Positions 57,101-64,000 of a stretch of DNA of 64,000 nucleotides are shown in pieces. The notes under the pieces were generated by a model. That model worked only from the letters and a program-made list of their open reading frames with translations. It was not told the DNA's origin and did not search any database. Source of the DNA: a virus; IMG/VR virus record IMGVR_UViG_3300027736_000020, positions 64,001 through 128,000 of that record; one strand, 5' to 3'. The position numbers and the translations under genes were made by a program. Position 1 is the first letter of the stretch; each line of letters starts with the position of its first letter.

Positions 57101-58829
57101 AAGTCAAAAAATCTACAAGTTTTCTAGCATTTAATGTCCAAGTTCCACCTTTATGTCCAGACAAATTTCTGTTTTGAAAATCGCTCAAAGACTCCTGTTC
57201 TGTTCCCGGAGCAAAGATTCCATTATCTTCTGCATTTCCAAAAGCTTTTAATATGTCATTCCTTGTCTTGTCAGGAAGACTTGAAAATGCATCTTTCCAC
57301 TTTTGTTTTTCTTCGTCAGTTTCAAATAGTTTTCCAGGGGTAGTTTTCCATTTCGTATATAGTTCTCCAAAAGAAAGACTGCTGTTTCTTCGAGCAGCAC
57401 CTAGTTTTTTTATTACTTCTTGATGCCATCTTTCAATGTTTTTCTTAGCATTAGGCCATCCAAAAACCCCTCCAAATGGCAGTGCAACGCCAATGTTTCC
57501 ATTTAATCTTGTATCGGCTTCCGTTGCCATCATTGATTTGCTTACTGCTTGATTCCTTAATATTGATGCATTGCTCCAAGCTTCAGTAACTTTTCTTGCA
57601 AGATTAGATATGTCTTCTGAATCGCTATCCTTTGCCGGAATTAAATTGTCAAGTATTTCATTGAGATGTTCCTTTCTTAGAGACCCTTGTACCCATATAC
57701 CATCTTCGTTTTTTTCAAATCTATCAGCGTGAGAAAGTATTTTGTCCTTATTGTCATCAGTTAATGCTGCTGAGTCCAGCAATCTCTTAAAGTCTTCGTG
57801 CTTATACAGATCAGCAAGGTGCTCGCGAACGGTATTCGGGTCAATATTCGACCCTTCGGTTGCTTCTGGAAGAGGAGCCAACAAACTGTCATCATGCCCT
57901 ATAAAATGATGCAAAGGAATTCCCAACAGGCTTGTTGGTTTATACAAATGATCAGTTAACTTTTGATGGTTTAAACTTAATAAACCACCTTTACGTCCAT
58001 TTCCTTTTTCCCAACCAAAAAAAGTCTTGAGAAGTTTTTTGGTTCCATCAGTCATCGAATGCCAATAAATATGTTTTTCAACCTTGTCTTGATCGGTTCG
58101 TACTTGGGTTTTTTCTGGATCAAAGCCGTTAATTGGACTAAACCCAATAAGACCAGATGCAGAAACAAAAACACGTTCTAAAATGCCTTGACTTATTGTT
58201 TTCTTTCCAAGATCAATTATTTTTGTTGGGAAACCTTCCGAATGAATGAACTTCATTGGTTGTACTTCCATTAGTACGCTTCCACCAGCATGAGCAATGG
58301 ACTTGTCTGATTCTGGTCCGTGTGTGTCAATTGTTCCATCTTCAATCGGAGGATATGTTGTCTTGGGAAATTTTACAAATCTTTCAACTAGTCTTTTTCC
58401 TGTGTTAGTTATCCTGTTCCATATGCCACGTTGTTCCGCTTGTTCTGGATGAGCAAGTCCTATTTGATCTCTGGTTAGCTGTACTCCATCTGCGGAAATT
58501 TTAGTAACTTTTGGATGTAGTATTCTAGTCATAACATCGGTTTGTTGTGGCTCAGAAGCCAAATGAGTAACATGAATTCCAACTGTTTCTCCAGCAATGT
58601 TTACATGATTACCAATATGCGTTAGTAGTCCTTTGTTGGTATCAAGAGGATGAACAGGACCTGATAATTCAACGTTATGAATTGGAGCATCACTTTTACT
58701 AAGGTCATCTGCGTTCAGTTCCAAATCACTTGCTCTGTTAGGTATACTTTGTGATTTGAAAAATAATCCAAATTTTATTTTTTTTGAAGAGAAAAAATCT
58801 TCGTAGATGCTTTTCTTAAAAATCAGCAT
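51129..58829 (-). CDS. Giant polyvalent protein with C-terminal UvrD/Rep/PcrA-type SF1 helicase
   Basis: 2566 aa. At about 51150-52860: LNDTQLAAI (Q), GIPGSGKT (I), LTFSRDA (Ia), TTHSFA, VMVDEFQDIN (II), VVGDEHQAIYGFRGA (III), NYR (IV), ICRTN (IVa), AHQSKGSEF (V), FYVAMTRAE (VI). The N-terminal ~1990 aa are unrecognised. Confidence 0.9.
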   Translation of the reverse strand: MLIFKKSIYEDFFSSKKIKFGLFFKSQSIPNRASDLELNADDLSKSDAPIHNVELSGPVHPLDTNKGLLTHIGNHVNIAGETVGIHVTHLASEPQQTDVMTRILHPKVTKISADGVQLTRDQIGLAHPEQAEQRGIWNRITNTGKRLVERFVKFPKTTYPPIEDGTIDTHGPESDKSIAHAGGSVLMEVQPMKFIHSEGFPTKIIDLGKKTISQGILERVFVSASGLIGFSPINGFDPEKTQVRTDQDKVEKHIYWHSMTDGTKKLLKTFFGWEKGNGRKGGLLSLNHQKLTDHLYKPTSLLGIPLHHFIGHDDSLLAPLPEATEGSNIDPNTVREHLADLYKHEDFKRLLDSAALTDDNKDKILSHADRFEKNEDGIWVQGSLRKEHLNEILDNLIPAKDSDSEDISNLARKVTEAWSNASILRNQAVSKSMMATEADTRLNGNIGVALPFGGVFGWPNAKKNIERWHQEVIKKLGAARRNSSLSFGELYTKWKTTPGKLFETDEEKQKWKDAFSSLPDKTRNDILKAFGNAEDNGIFAPGTEQESLSDFQNRNLSGHKGGTWTLNARKLVDFLTFNGNGQADIETIKKKALQYMREQPGIVAPVDATGRRVTVTSGITTIAGNDREYFPDGSEPIGTAGAFQDIHRDIPSDVSKFSVAEPPELGTDPIRMENGSLFFRLRPPTTGVETMFAHVKFENDFTKMHVLIYKENPDGSLYKSTKNFDDTLNGLNPDQKKSFFATSPFWKKAPPTPISQVTYEVADEIKNPDFELKNDEPTDDEYIASFLRSNSGTNHGALKDQIEDRKKISAWEKHNSDGDKYVLLKRKIEEGNLAGELQEKIEKWIKETRENSKYTVFKRGKPKNPSEKDFIELLDSTSISSQNILDSLSKTKQEYNAEQKIKIASRGGDSAQKRALYNYALSIVEDTMAQHAANQHFVAAIALKNSETPKMLDVNGNLIQQEPADGMMLNGAVGPADSPSMIIAKQAKISASPIVSPAGEHPSVTIRRLIDNDDILVKINEAEKDNTILQTGFTHPAALPKDVPPAEVASVITALNVSPVTDDERKIYGEKPSLAHEWVFPHSLVNDEYGSLAFFGVEQPEKTPITSKAELLKIVTNGLKNKINNKKGLIIADNADAQVGDRVIMTEGQNLGFSLSANGKFITINGLTFSGTKRIDQENPANGNQATTNTGNSISISLKVISGKDANGNTKYWVDMTPIRHQAQLLSHKMKADNNLFSSNFSSVKSAANNTLDAVLGNTNVPQLDLGVFRPSEITQISEIADHGNINANLSNNQQLERLQSFTGWNIDPEIKEFFTKGLASLAAEGVNPSAIGRIVATRGNFAVVMLPVVSDTDYESEDNHTDDAIKPNSQHQQTLLDKKDKNYASLFFSKMFGRLADPKSLYLDMSGLFSKKNNEKLNLDKEVEQGRISKLWSGAQELFGRFSAPKALDDADPNSYDQRRKLKKDEEKKLRRTAVHFVIIDTHNANTILNGASLLPGSKIAIKTDAKPDDDNMRFPYQSTNSFTNARDVEKWTLVKDIDRAEGTLYALDERKGYSLGFSFSKGNLEQLARSDKKEISDAATTLLSLKTEFEEFSKNEQLFNGSYDKDPETRTAAINEAFDKSQKEKDRIEKTEKQFAIHKISPSDVIYRIPPQSEQSSYTDAITDIFKIISSLNNGSQDQLLRNHQAIINSEAATIPSMRILKNIADDVTSSPSPLRAGINEDGIFDKFPEHGEFLKNHVFTIPEHYSRATTTDIPDYWTISPQDMRKTIGSFSKELLDILKSLKINIVIHSGNKNSIESLPGGQGLSSSAVDGAETTWKASDGTIFWGSRSKNPLSDLYWQLCDSYVEKSMQDDDTKKDALDILKIALKETDTSIPLIQKLKAINDDSADDEERTREVLRLFWIAKQGEAKNRINWTNAFENGRYPDGYEDLMQENTNGSKIEDHERIPVNTVRDSGDRQSPTLTTAAQTIRGRNGATREVAITKYFEDMLNDTQLAAIKQDNTGPTIVKGIPGSGKTKSLVALMLMLSSLYGVSQEQILMLTFSRDARRRVKDSFTAEKGKFATFLTQEGLTDNELRDKSKQDGILSFKTGNINDDRANPTIATTHSFALSLITGVDALNIDGINYNAKTGTKKAFDPDLQLVGTNKQEEMITAIINQFTLPQQVALRALNTGEGSLSSTIATKIQAAKDTENMSEIKENPVLERIWHKYNEMLSSNNQLDYSDLISKVAKHLENNNHDRNNVRARYRHVMVDEFQDINLMQRRLIKAVTASNGANLTVVGDEHQAIYGFRGANTEFSDATNFEKWHGLFNGSTRGKVKNVMLGVNYRARYILAQLATIFDGRNWISGKMGDTIGSASGTVNIFNAKSKSGKASMNEQDNYMASIIRKKFGSEARPDDRVRIPWTDKGAGVFVPPMAIICRTNKEAADLRKRLYNLKIEVAPSSKDMTLYQEMQEDFGGEPHDEEQKSGVVVINAHQSKGSEFETVFLYNVTDDRWPHSRISESKDEKDYEIAREQEKNLFYVAMTRAENELHICTASNGRSPFLEELLEKINLKRSMYTENS
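56975..57004. repeat. 30-nt dispersed repeat, copy 2
   Basis: ttccggacgttacggtgacccttcgccctg; 29/30 identical to 48657..48686. Confidence 0.9.
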
Positions 58830-59317
58830 TTTCCACCTTCTTCAGGGACTTTCCCTTTGACTACTGCCCAATCAGGAATTTGAATGTTTTCTTCTTTTAA
58901 TATTCTATGAAGCATGCTATTTTCTTTTCTATATTCAACAAGCATTGTTCCCATTTCTTCTATTTGTTTCTTGAGTTCTTTTATTTCTTTTTCATAATCG
59001 TTTTTCATTAAATCCATTTTTACTTCGTAATGCAATGTCAATAATTGCATTTCTTTCTTTAAGTTCTCTAAATCCTTGCGTATTTCGTCTCTATAAGAAG
59101 TGTTTGCGTCAACAATGAAATTGATTTGATCATTAAAATTTTTATTTGATTCTTGTTCCTTTTTTTGAGAAATAATTAAATCAAGAGCATCTTTTTGTTT
59201 TGATTTTTTGAAGTATTCTCGAATCACATTCACCATAATTGTGATTAAGATTCCAGAAACCGCTGAAACAATTGAAACAATTTGTTGAGAATTAAAAGAA
59301 AAATCTTCATCAATCAT
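58823..59317 (-). CDS. Single-pass membrane protein with coiled coil (holin-like candidate)
   Basis: 164 aa. One hydrophobic stretch IVSIVSAVSGILITIMVNVI followed by a charged heptad-rich region. The holin role is a guess. Confidence 0.6.
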   Translation of the reverse strand: MIDEDFSFNSQQIVSIVSAVSGILITIMVNVIREYFKKSKQKDALDLIISQKKEQESNKNFNDQINFIVDANTSYRDEIRKDLENLKKEMQLLTLHYEVKMDLMKNDYEKEIKELKKQIEEMGTMLVEYRKENSMLHRILKEENIQIPDWAVVKGKVPEEGGKC

Positions 59318-59706
59318 GTGGGATTTTCATCTTTCAGCCTCATATTTTCATAACTAACTGGTTCTGATACATTTGACAGTCCTAATCGTTGCACCAATGG
59401 ATTTTTTTCAATTTCATTTGATCTTGTCGGAGCCCAAATATCTCCTCGACAAGGCATAGGCAAAGGGAACATTGCTTGTTCTTGTTGCGGTACAATTTGT
59501 CCAGCACTATTTCTTATAATAGAAGAAGGTTTCACTGGCATAGGCATCAATATGGATAATGATCGTATTGCGGACATAAGTATTGTACAATTATTTTTCT
59601 TGGCGCAATTTCCGCAAGACTTTTCTGGCATTTTTGGCTTTGATCCATGAATTATTATGTCAGGATCATCTTCTGGTTGGGAATAATTTGTCAGTTGAAT
59701 TCTCAT
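59314..59706 (-). CDS. Hypothetical protein with Cys cluster
   Basis: Likely start ATG 59706 (GAGTGGTG upstream); the track start at 59829 overlaps the divergent gene. Contains CGNCAKKNNC...PC. Confidence 0.55.
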   Translation of the reverse strand: MRIQLTNYSQPEDDPDIIIHGSKPKMPEKSCGNCAKKNNCTILMSAIRSLSILMPMPVKPSSIIRNSAGQIVPQQEQAMFPLPMPCRGDIWAPTRSNEIEKNPLVQRLGLSNVSEPVSYENMRLKDENPT

Positions 59707-59733
59707 TTGTTTCACCACTCGGCATGATGTATC

Positions 59734-59742
59734 ATCATAACA
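59734..59742 (-). promoter_or_regulatory. Putative extended -10 promoter TGTTATGAT for the leftward unit
   Basis: TGn-TATGAT in the divergent gap, about 28 nt upstream of ATG 59706. Confidence 0.35.
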
Positions 59743-59798
59743 CAGGAACATGTCAAACTCATGGCTTTCAAAAGATTCAGTGATATTCGGAGACAAAA

Positions 59799-60737
59799 AT
59801 GCCACAATCTTTACGATTAAAAAAAGCATTAAAAAATTTAAATCACAGTAATTTGTTGCTTGAAAACATTAATGAGCATTTAACAATTTCTGTTTCTGGT
59901 GAAGAAGATCTTGAAAAAAGCCTTGGCAAGAACAGGGCTCCACAAAAACGTCCGACAAAAATCACTTCTTCTGCAGCATTTGAGGGGCACATAGGAACTG
60001 GAGTTCGCCCTTCGGCAAAATCAACCATGGCGAACAAAATCATTTCCTCCCTTATGGGAGGATCATCCTCACCTGCCAACGGTTCCTCGCCATTTCCTGC
60101 GATCACTTTTTCTGGACCATCAAAATCCCTTGGAGAATCCAAGGAAGACTGGCAATCTCATCCTAACTGTTCCGTTGGATCATTTGCTTTTATTCAACAT
60201 CCATACAAGCATCAACAACCCGTTTGGACACGAATCATTTCAATAGGAAAGCATGGAATACAAGCAAATGAAACCAGTGGACATACGCACAATGTGCGAT
60301 GGCCACACATTCTGGATATTCAGCCTGTTATTGGTCATGGCATTCATCCTGCTGAAGACAAAGAAGTAGTCATTGATTTACACAAGATGGGGGCACCACT
60401 TGAGCACGATAGCAAATTGTCTCATGCAGATTTGATGCATGCTGAAGAATATCTTCGTCAATTGAATCTTCCAATAATATCAGATCTCATTCATGGAGAA
60501 TTGGAAGATTCAGGTTCGGCATACGATGAGTTAAGAAATATTCATGCTCCACTTGATCCAGTTTCCATGACTGAAGATACTAGTGGCAAGAACAGCGTAT
60601 TGCCTGCGCATTTGCAGGAACTCATTGATGAGCTTTCTTCCATGGGCAAACCCATTGACGTTGAAAAACTTTCCAAGCTTCCCAAAAAAGATATTTTAAA
60701 AGTTCTTGAATATTATTTTAAGGATTCAAATATATGA
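59799..60737 (+). CDS. Hypothetical protein with small SH3/KOW-like beta region
   Basis: 312 aa; GGAG RBS. VGSFAFIQHP...WTRIISIGKHGIQA...GHTHNVRW looks like a small beta barrel. Confidence 0.7.
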   Translation: MPQSLRLKKALKNLNHSNLLLENINEHLTISVSGEEDLEKSLGKNRAPQKRPTKITSSAAFEGHIGTGVRPSAKSTMANKIISSLMGGSSSPANGSSPFPAITFSGPSKSLGESKEDWQSHPNCSVGSFAFIQHPYKHQQPVWTRIISIGKHGIQANETSGHTHNVRWPHILDIQPVIGHGIHPAEDKEVVIDLHKMGAPLEHDSKLSHADLMHAEEYLRQLNLPIISDLIHGELEDSGSAYDELRNIHAPLDPVSMTEDTSGKNSVLPAHLQELIDELSSMGKPIDVEKLSKLPKKDILKVLEYYFKDSNI

Positions 60738-61156
60738 CATTTCAATCATTTATTGAAGAATGGGAAATAATGCTCCCTGATGGAACAATTATACGCGACG
60801 AAATACAATATTCCTATGCGATGAGTCCAATAGGAGTTGAGATTGTTCCTCAAAAAAATCGCAGAATAATAACTAGTCCTGAAGGAGAAGAGGAATATGT
60901 TCCTGTTCCTGAGGATTATGAACAAAATCGCGTTGATCTTTGTGAGATTAATGATAAATGGAAAAAGCAAAATGAAAAATATTTTGAAAAACATGAACAC
61001 AGAGAAAAGGATTATCTTGAATACAGCAAATGGATAAGTAATAATCTTAAAGATTCGTCTTTGACAAGTCTTTTGATGACATTTGCTCCAAAATCTTCAA
61101 GCGTTTCAGGAATTAGTGGATTATTGCTGCGTCACACACAGAAGGAACAAAAATGA
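60734..61156 (+). CDS. Hypothetical protein
   Basis: 140 aa; ATGA overlap with the upstream gene. Confidence 0.65.
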   Translation: MTFQSFIEEWEIMLPDGTIIRDEIQYSYAMSPIGVEIVPQKNRRIITSPEGEEEYVPVPEDYEQNRVDLCEINDKWKKQNEKYFEKHEHREKDYLEYSKWISNNLKDSSLTSLLMTFAPKSSSVSGISGLLLRHTQKEQK

Positions 61157-61323
61157 ACTGCTCACACTGCGGCGCAAAAGCACACACCCATGTTTTGTGG
61201 ATTATTCCCAAGGAAAATATTCTCCTGAAAGACAAAAGACTTATTTGTGAGGATTGCATTCCAGCCTTGAGAAGCATCTACGGAAAAAGAAGCGACAGGC
61301 AAATAGAAATTGAAAAATCTTGA
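61153..61323 (+). CDS. Small Zn-finger protein (56 aa)
   Basis: Below the track cutoff; read manually: MNCSHCGAKAHTHVLWIIPKENILLKDKRLICEDCIPALRSIYGKRSDRQIEIEKS. Two CxxC pairs, ATGA overlap, GAAGGA RBS. Confidence 0.65.
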   Translation: MNCSHCGAKAHTHVLWIIPKENILLKDKRLICEDCIPALRSIYGKRSDRQIEIEKS

Positions 61324-61356
61324 TCATGGCAAAGACATAGTTTATCTATAAAAAAT

Positions 61357-61365
61357 TGCTATGAT
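61357..61365 (+). promoter_or_regulatory. Putative extended -10 promoter TGCTATGAT
   Basis: TGn-TATGAT in an AT-rich intergenic gap ahead of the AAAGGT RBS and ATG 61382. Confidence 0.35.
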
Positions 61366-61381
61366 AAACAAAAGGTAGAAT

Positions 61382-61747
61382 ATGAACAGAGAAATAAGAA
61401 ATCTTGTTGAAAAATTGGCAAAATCCAATTTGAAAAAAGAACACGAAAAATCATTCGTACCAAAAGGAAGTATTCCTCGTGTCATGCACGTGGATTCATT
61501 TTCTGATAACACTCCTGATGTTTCTCATGTTCGCCATGGTTCCATGTTCATGATTACTGTTCATTTAAAAAATTCTCCTCTTTATGGAAAAACCTTGTTG
61601 CTTCAAAAATTAAAAAATGGATTTTACAAGTTAGTCACCGAAGACGGAGAAAAAGATTCACATGGTCCACAAAAAATTATTGTAGACATGGAAAAATCTC
61701 TTGTCAAGTATATGAATAAAAAAGGTGCAAAAAAATGGCAAGAATAA
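61382..61747 (+). CDS. Hypothetical protein
   Basis: 121 aa; contains LAKS, HEKSF and MEKSL motifs. Confidence 0.65.
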   Translation: MNREIRNLVEKLAKSNLKKEHEKSFVPKGSIPRVMHVDSFSDNTPDVSHVRHGSMFMITVHLKNSPLYGKTLLLQKLKNGFYKLVTEDGEKDSHGPQKIIVDMEKSLVKYMNKKGAKKWQE

Positions 61748-62199
61748 AACACGTAAAAATTCATGGAAAAACTCAACTAGTTAAATCTGAACCCAGTCTT
61801 CTTGATGTATATTTTTTCGATGGACAAGAAATCTTGACGAAAGCACAGGACCGTCCTCATGTATCTCCATCTGCAATGCAGATAGCGCAAACTCCCGCCT
61901 TTTTTCGAGGCAAAAAATCTTCACAGTCAAGAAAAACAAAATCTGTAAAAAAATCCATTGATGAAATCAGCCTTCTTGAAGTATTTTCCGGAGATGTCAT
62001 GAACAAATCAGAAATTACTGTTTCTCCATATATTTTGAATACTGCAGTAAATTCAACAACACTTATTCCAAAAAGCATGAGCGACAGAAATCTGTATGGC
62101 ACAAGATTAAGAAGAAGGAAAAAAAGGCCGGAAACTCAAGGACCTCAAATTCAGGATGCAACAGAGGACTCTATTGTTCCACCTGCGCCAATTTTCTAA
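61735..62199 (+). CDS. Hypothetical protein
   Basis: 154 aa; AAAGGTG RBS; several K[S/A] motifs (LVKS, LTKA, VKKS, MNKS). Confidence 0.65.
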   Translation: MARIKHVKIHGKTQLVKSEPSLLDVYFFDGQEILTKAQDRPHVSPSAMQIAQTPAFFRGKKSSQSRKTKSVKKSIDEISLLEVFSGDVMNKSEITVSPYILNTAVNSTTLIPKSMSDRNLYGTRLRRRKKRPETQGPQIQDATEDSIVPPAPIF

Positions 62200-62217
62200 A
62201 AAAGACTGGAAATCCAA

Positions 62218-64000
62218 ATGGACACAAGATTATCAAAGGCAAGAACAACAAGAAAACCTGCTCCTGCTAATGGCAAAAAAGACAGCACTAACAAAGCGGA
62301 TAAATCCAATGACAAGGTAACTACTCAGCCTTCTTTTATTCCTCCAATAACTTCTTCGGGAGAAAATACTGGGACAACAAGAGGACCGAATAACGACCCA
62401 GTGAATAACGCCATTCGCGCAGGACAGTCAAGTTTTTCCAATGGATCTTCTGTGTTCGCTGGTGGAATCCCTTTGGGAGATATTTTATCATTGCCGGGAA
62501 TTTTTTTAGCAGATACAGTCAGAAGAATGGTTGTTGGGAACAGATCAAAAAATCCCAAAGAAGTTGAAGTTCCTAAAACTGAAGTTGTTGGACCTGAAGC
62601 TCCTAAAACTGAAGTTCCTAAAGTTCGTGAAGCAGAAGCAGTAGCAAGACCACGAGGACCAACAGGAATTTCAGAACAACCTGTTGGAAAACCTCCTGCA
62701 AATTTGAGCCGTTACGAAGGAACATATGCCAGAGAATTGAATGAATTGGATTCAACAGTTAATCGAGGATATGTAGTGAATCCCGAAACAGGCGCATTGA
62801 CACCTCGCGGATTAGCACCAGTGAGAGAACCAGTGAGAGAACCTGTAAAACCCTCTAGTAAGCCTGCAGCTGCAAGTAAACCCTCTGGTAAGCCTGCTAA
62901 CTCCGCTAGTGCAAAAATGGAAGGTTTTTCCGGCGCTGGAGGAAAGGCCATAAGCGCTTTAATGGCATACGACATGGTTAATGCAATTACTGATATTAGT
63001 TGGAATACCATTCAAGATGCTTTAAACAATAAAACACCGGGAGACAGGTTAAATTGGGAGAGAAATAATATTGCCGCAAATGCTATTGATCTTGCAACAG
63101 GATTTGCTCGCGACACAATGGAAAACGGAGATCTGACACCGGGTCGTGAATCACGATATAGACAAGCGAGAATAGATCTGGCACAAAAGCAGAAACCTGT
63201 TATGGATGAAATTTCCAATCTTGCGGATATATACGAAAAGAGAGAAAGAGATCTTAGCTCTCCTACGTACAGGCAAGCTTTGGCTCTTGGCGGATACTTG
63301 AAAATTGACAAAGACGGAAAACCCATTCCTTTGGAATCCTATGTCAATTCGGAAAATAATAAAAATCCCATGGATCAACATTCACGGCAACAGGATTTGG
63401 CTGAAACTCCCGGAAATCATTTCATTGGCCCTGTTCCTTCGCCTTCAGAAATAAATCAAATGATTAGAGACGGAAAAATAACTGGAAATACTAAAGCTCC
63501 CGTTCGTCTTGTTCCCACAGAAGATGATCCCAATTTTCCCGGTTTTTGGGACAATATTCTGGCTGGAGATGTTCCCAAAGCGTTAAATGCAGCAATGGCT
63601 CCATGGTCTAGGGTTGGAAATGAGCTTGGAAAACCAGAAGTAACGAACGAAGGAAAAATAGTTCCAACAAACAGATCCGGTAGTACTCTTGCAATTGTTC
63701 CTAGGGATGTAGAAGATAAAAATAGTTTTCGTGGACTAATACCATTCATGAATAATATTACCGCAAAAAGAGATAAGAGAATCAAGCAAAATACATATTA
63801 TGATGGAATGAATTTAGGAGGAGATGCAGTAAAGGAAATGCTTCCCGGTGGACCTCAGGCTATTTCTCCTGTAGAGGCAAATACATTAAATTATATAGAA
63901 AGATTAAAAAGAAAAAATAAAATTGTTCCTAATTTGCCTGCAAGAGAAGGAATAGATGATTCATACGACTATCCTGATGATTTAAATCCAAATGAAGGGC
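62218..64000 (+). CDS. Large hypothetical protein, partial (runs off the right end)
   Basis: Not in the track. I read an open frame from ATG 62218 to the end (>590 aa): MDTRLSKARTTRKPAP...VREPVREPVKPSSKPAAASKPSGKP...GFSGAGGKAISALMAYDMVNAITDISW... The antisense ORFs in the track are its shadows. Confidence 0.75.
   Translation, partial: MDTRLSKARTTRKPAPANGKKDSTNKADKSNDKVTTQPSFIPPITSSGENTGTTRGPNNDPVNNAIRAGQSSFSNGSSVFAGGIPLGDILSLPGIFLADTVRRMVVGNRSKNPKEVEVPKTEVVGPEAPKTEVPKVREAEAVARPRGPTGISEQPVGKPPANLSRYEGTYARELNELDSTVNRGYVVNPETGALTPRGLAPVREPVREPVKPSSKPAAASKPSGKPANSASAKMEGFSGAGGKAISALMAYDMVNAITDISWNTIQDALNNKTPGDRLNWERNNIAANAIDLATGFARDTMENGDLTPGRESRYRQARIDLAQKQKPVMDEISNLADIYEKRERDLSSPTYRQALALGGYLKIDKDGKPIPLESYVNSENNKNPMDQHSRQQDLAETPGNHFIGPVPSPSEINQMIRDGKITGNTKAPVRLVPTEDDPNFPGFWDNILAGDVPKALNAAMAPWSRVGNELGKPEVTNEGKIVPTNRSGSTLAIVPRDVEDKNSFRGLIPFMNNITAKRDKRIKQNTYYDGMNLGGDAVKEMLPGGPQAISPVEANTLNYIERLKRKNKIVPNLPAREGIDDSYDYPDDLNPNEG

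Noticed and set aside
58823-59317. Complete lysis cassette
   Set aside because: One TM protein only; no endolysin or spanin is recognisable nearby, so the holin call stays tentative.
60734-60770. MTFQSFIEE resembling the T4 capsid-targeting sequence
   Set aside because: Single short match, and the head machinery here is not T4-like; could easily be chance.
1-64000. Stop-codon reassignment, as seen in some large phages
   Set aside because: ORFs up to 2566 aa are open in the standard code, coding density is high, and TAA, TAG and TGA all end genes.
1-64000. tRNA/rRNA genes, introns, inteins, integrase or transposase
   Set aside because: Intergenic gaps are too short, and no cloverleaf, splice-junction or recombinase motifs were seen; the DUF559 ORF is free-standing, not inside an intein.

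Overview
A 64-kb piece of a large tailed (myovirus-type) phage genome whose morphogenesis genes resemble SPO1/K/A511-like (Herelleviridae-like) phages. This rests on motif recognition only; no database search was run. Almost everything from 1 to 59.7 kb is on the minus strand. In transcription order: a 20-kb AT-rich block of giant multidomain proteins (2566 aa ending in a compact UvrD/Rep SF1 helicase, 2222 aa with a DprA/SLOG domain, 1363 aa with an HD domain plus a degenerate PARP-like region); small unknowns and a DUF559 nuclease; neck genes; a Rad52-like annealing protein; prohead protease, scaffold and major capsid; tail completion, a 1010-aa sheath, tube and G/GT-type chaperones; tape measure with SLT lytic domain; baseplate hub; spike-fibre fusion; and a long run of fibre/appendage genes. 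A divergent plus-strand cluster of unknown genes starts at 59.8 kb. No portal, terminase, tRNA, CRISPR array or integrase is visible. The most notable observations are: (1) a candidate virion-packaged DNA-processing/anti-defence set of giant proteins carrying the same [LMFI]-x-K-[S/A] motif as capsid and scaffold; (2) a prfB-like SD-assisted +1 frameshift (AGG GGA TCT TTT CGA G) in the tail chaperone; (3) small beta-rich cassettes inserted, sometimes nested, into loops of fibre paralogs and the sheath; (4) a 29/30-nt identical GC-rich motif inside two otherwise unrelated giant genes.
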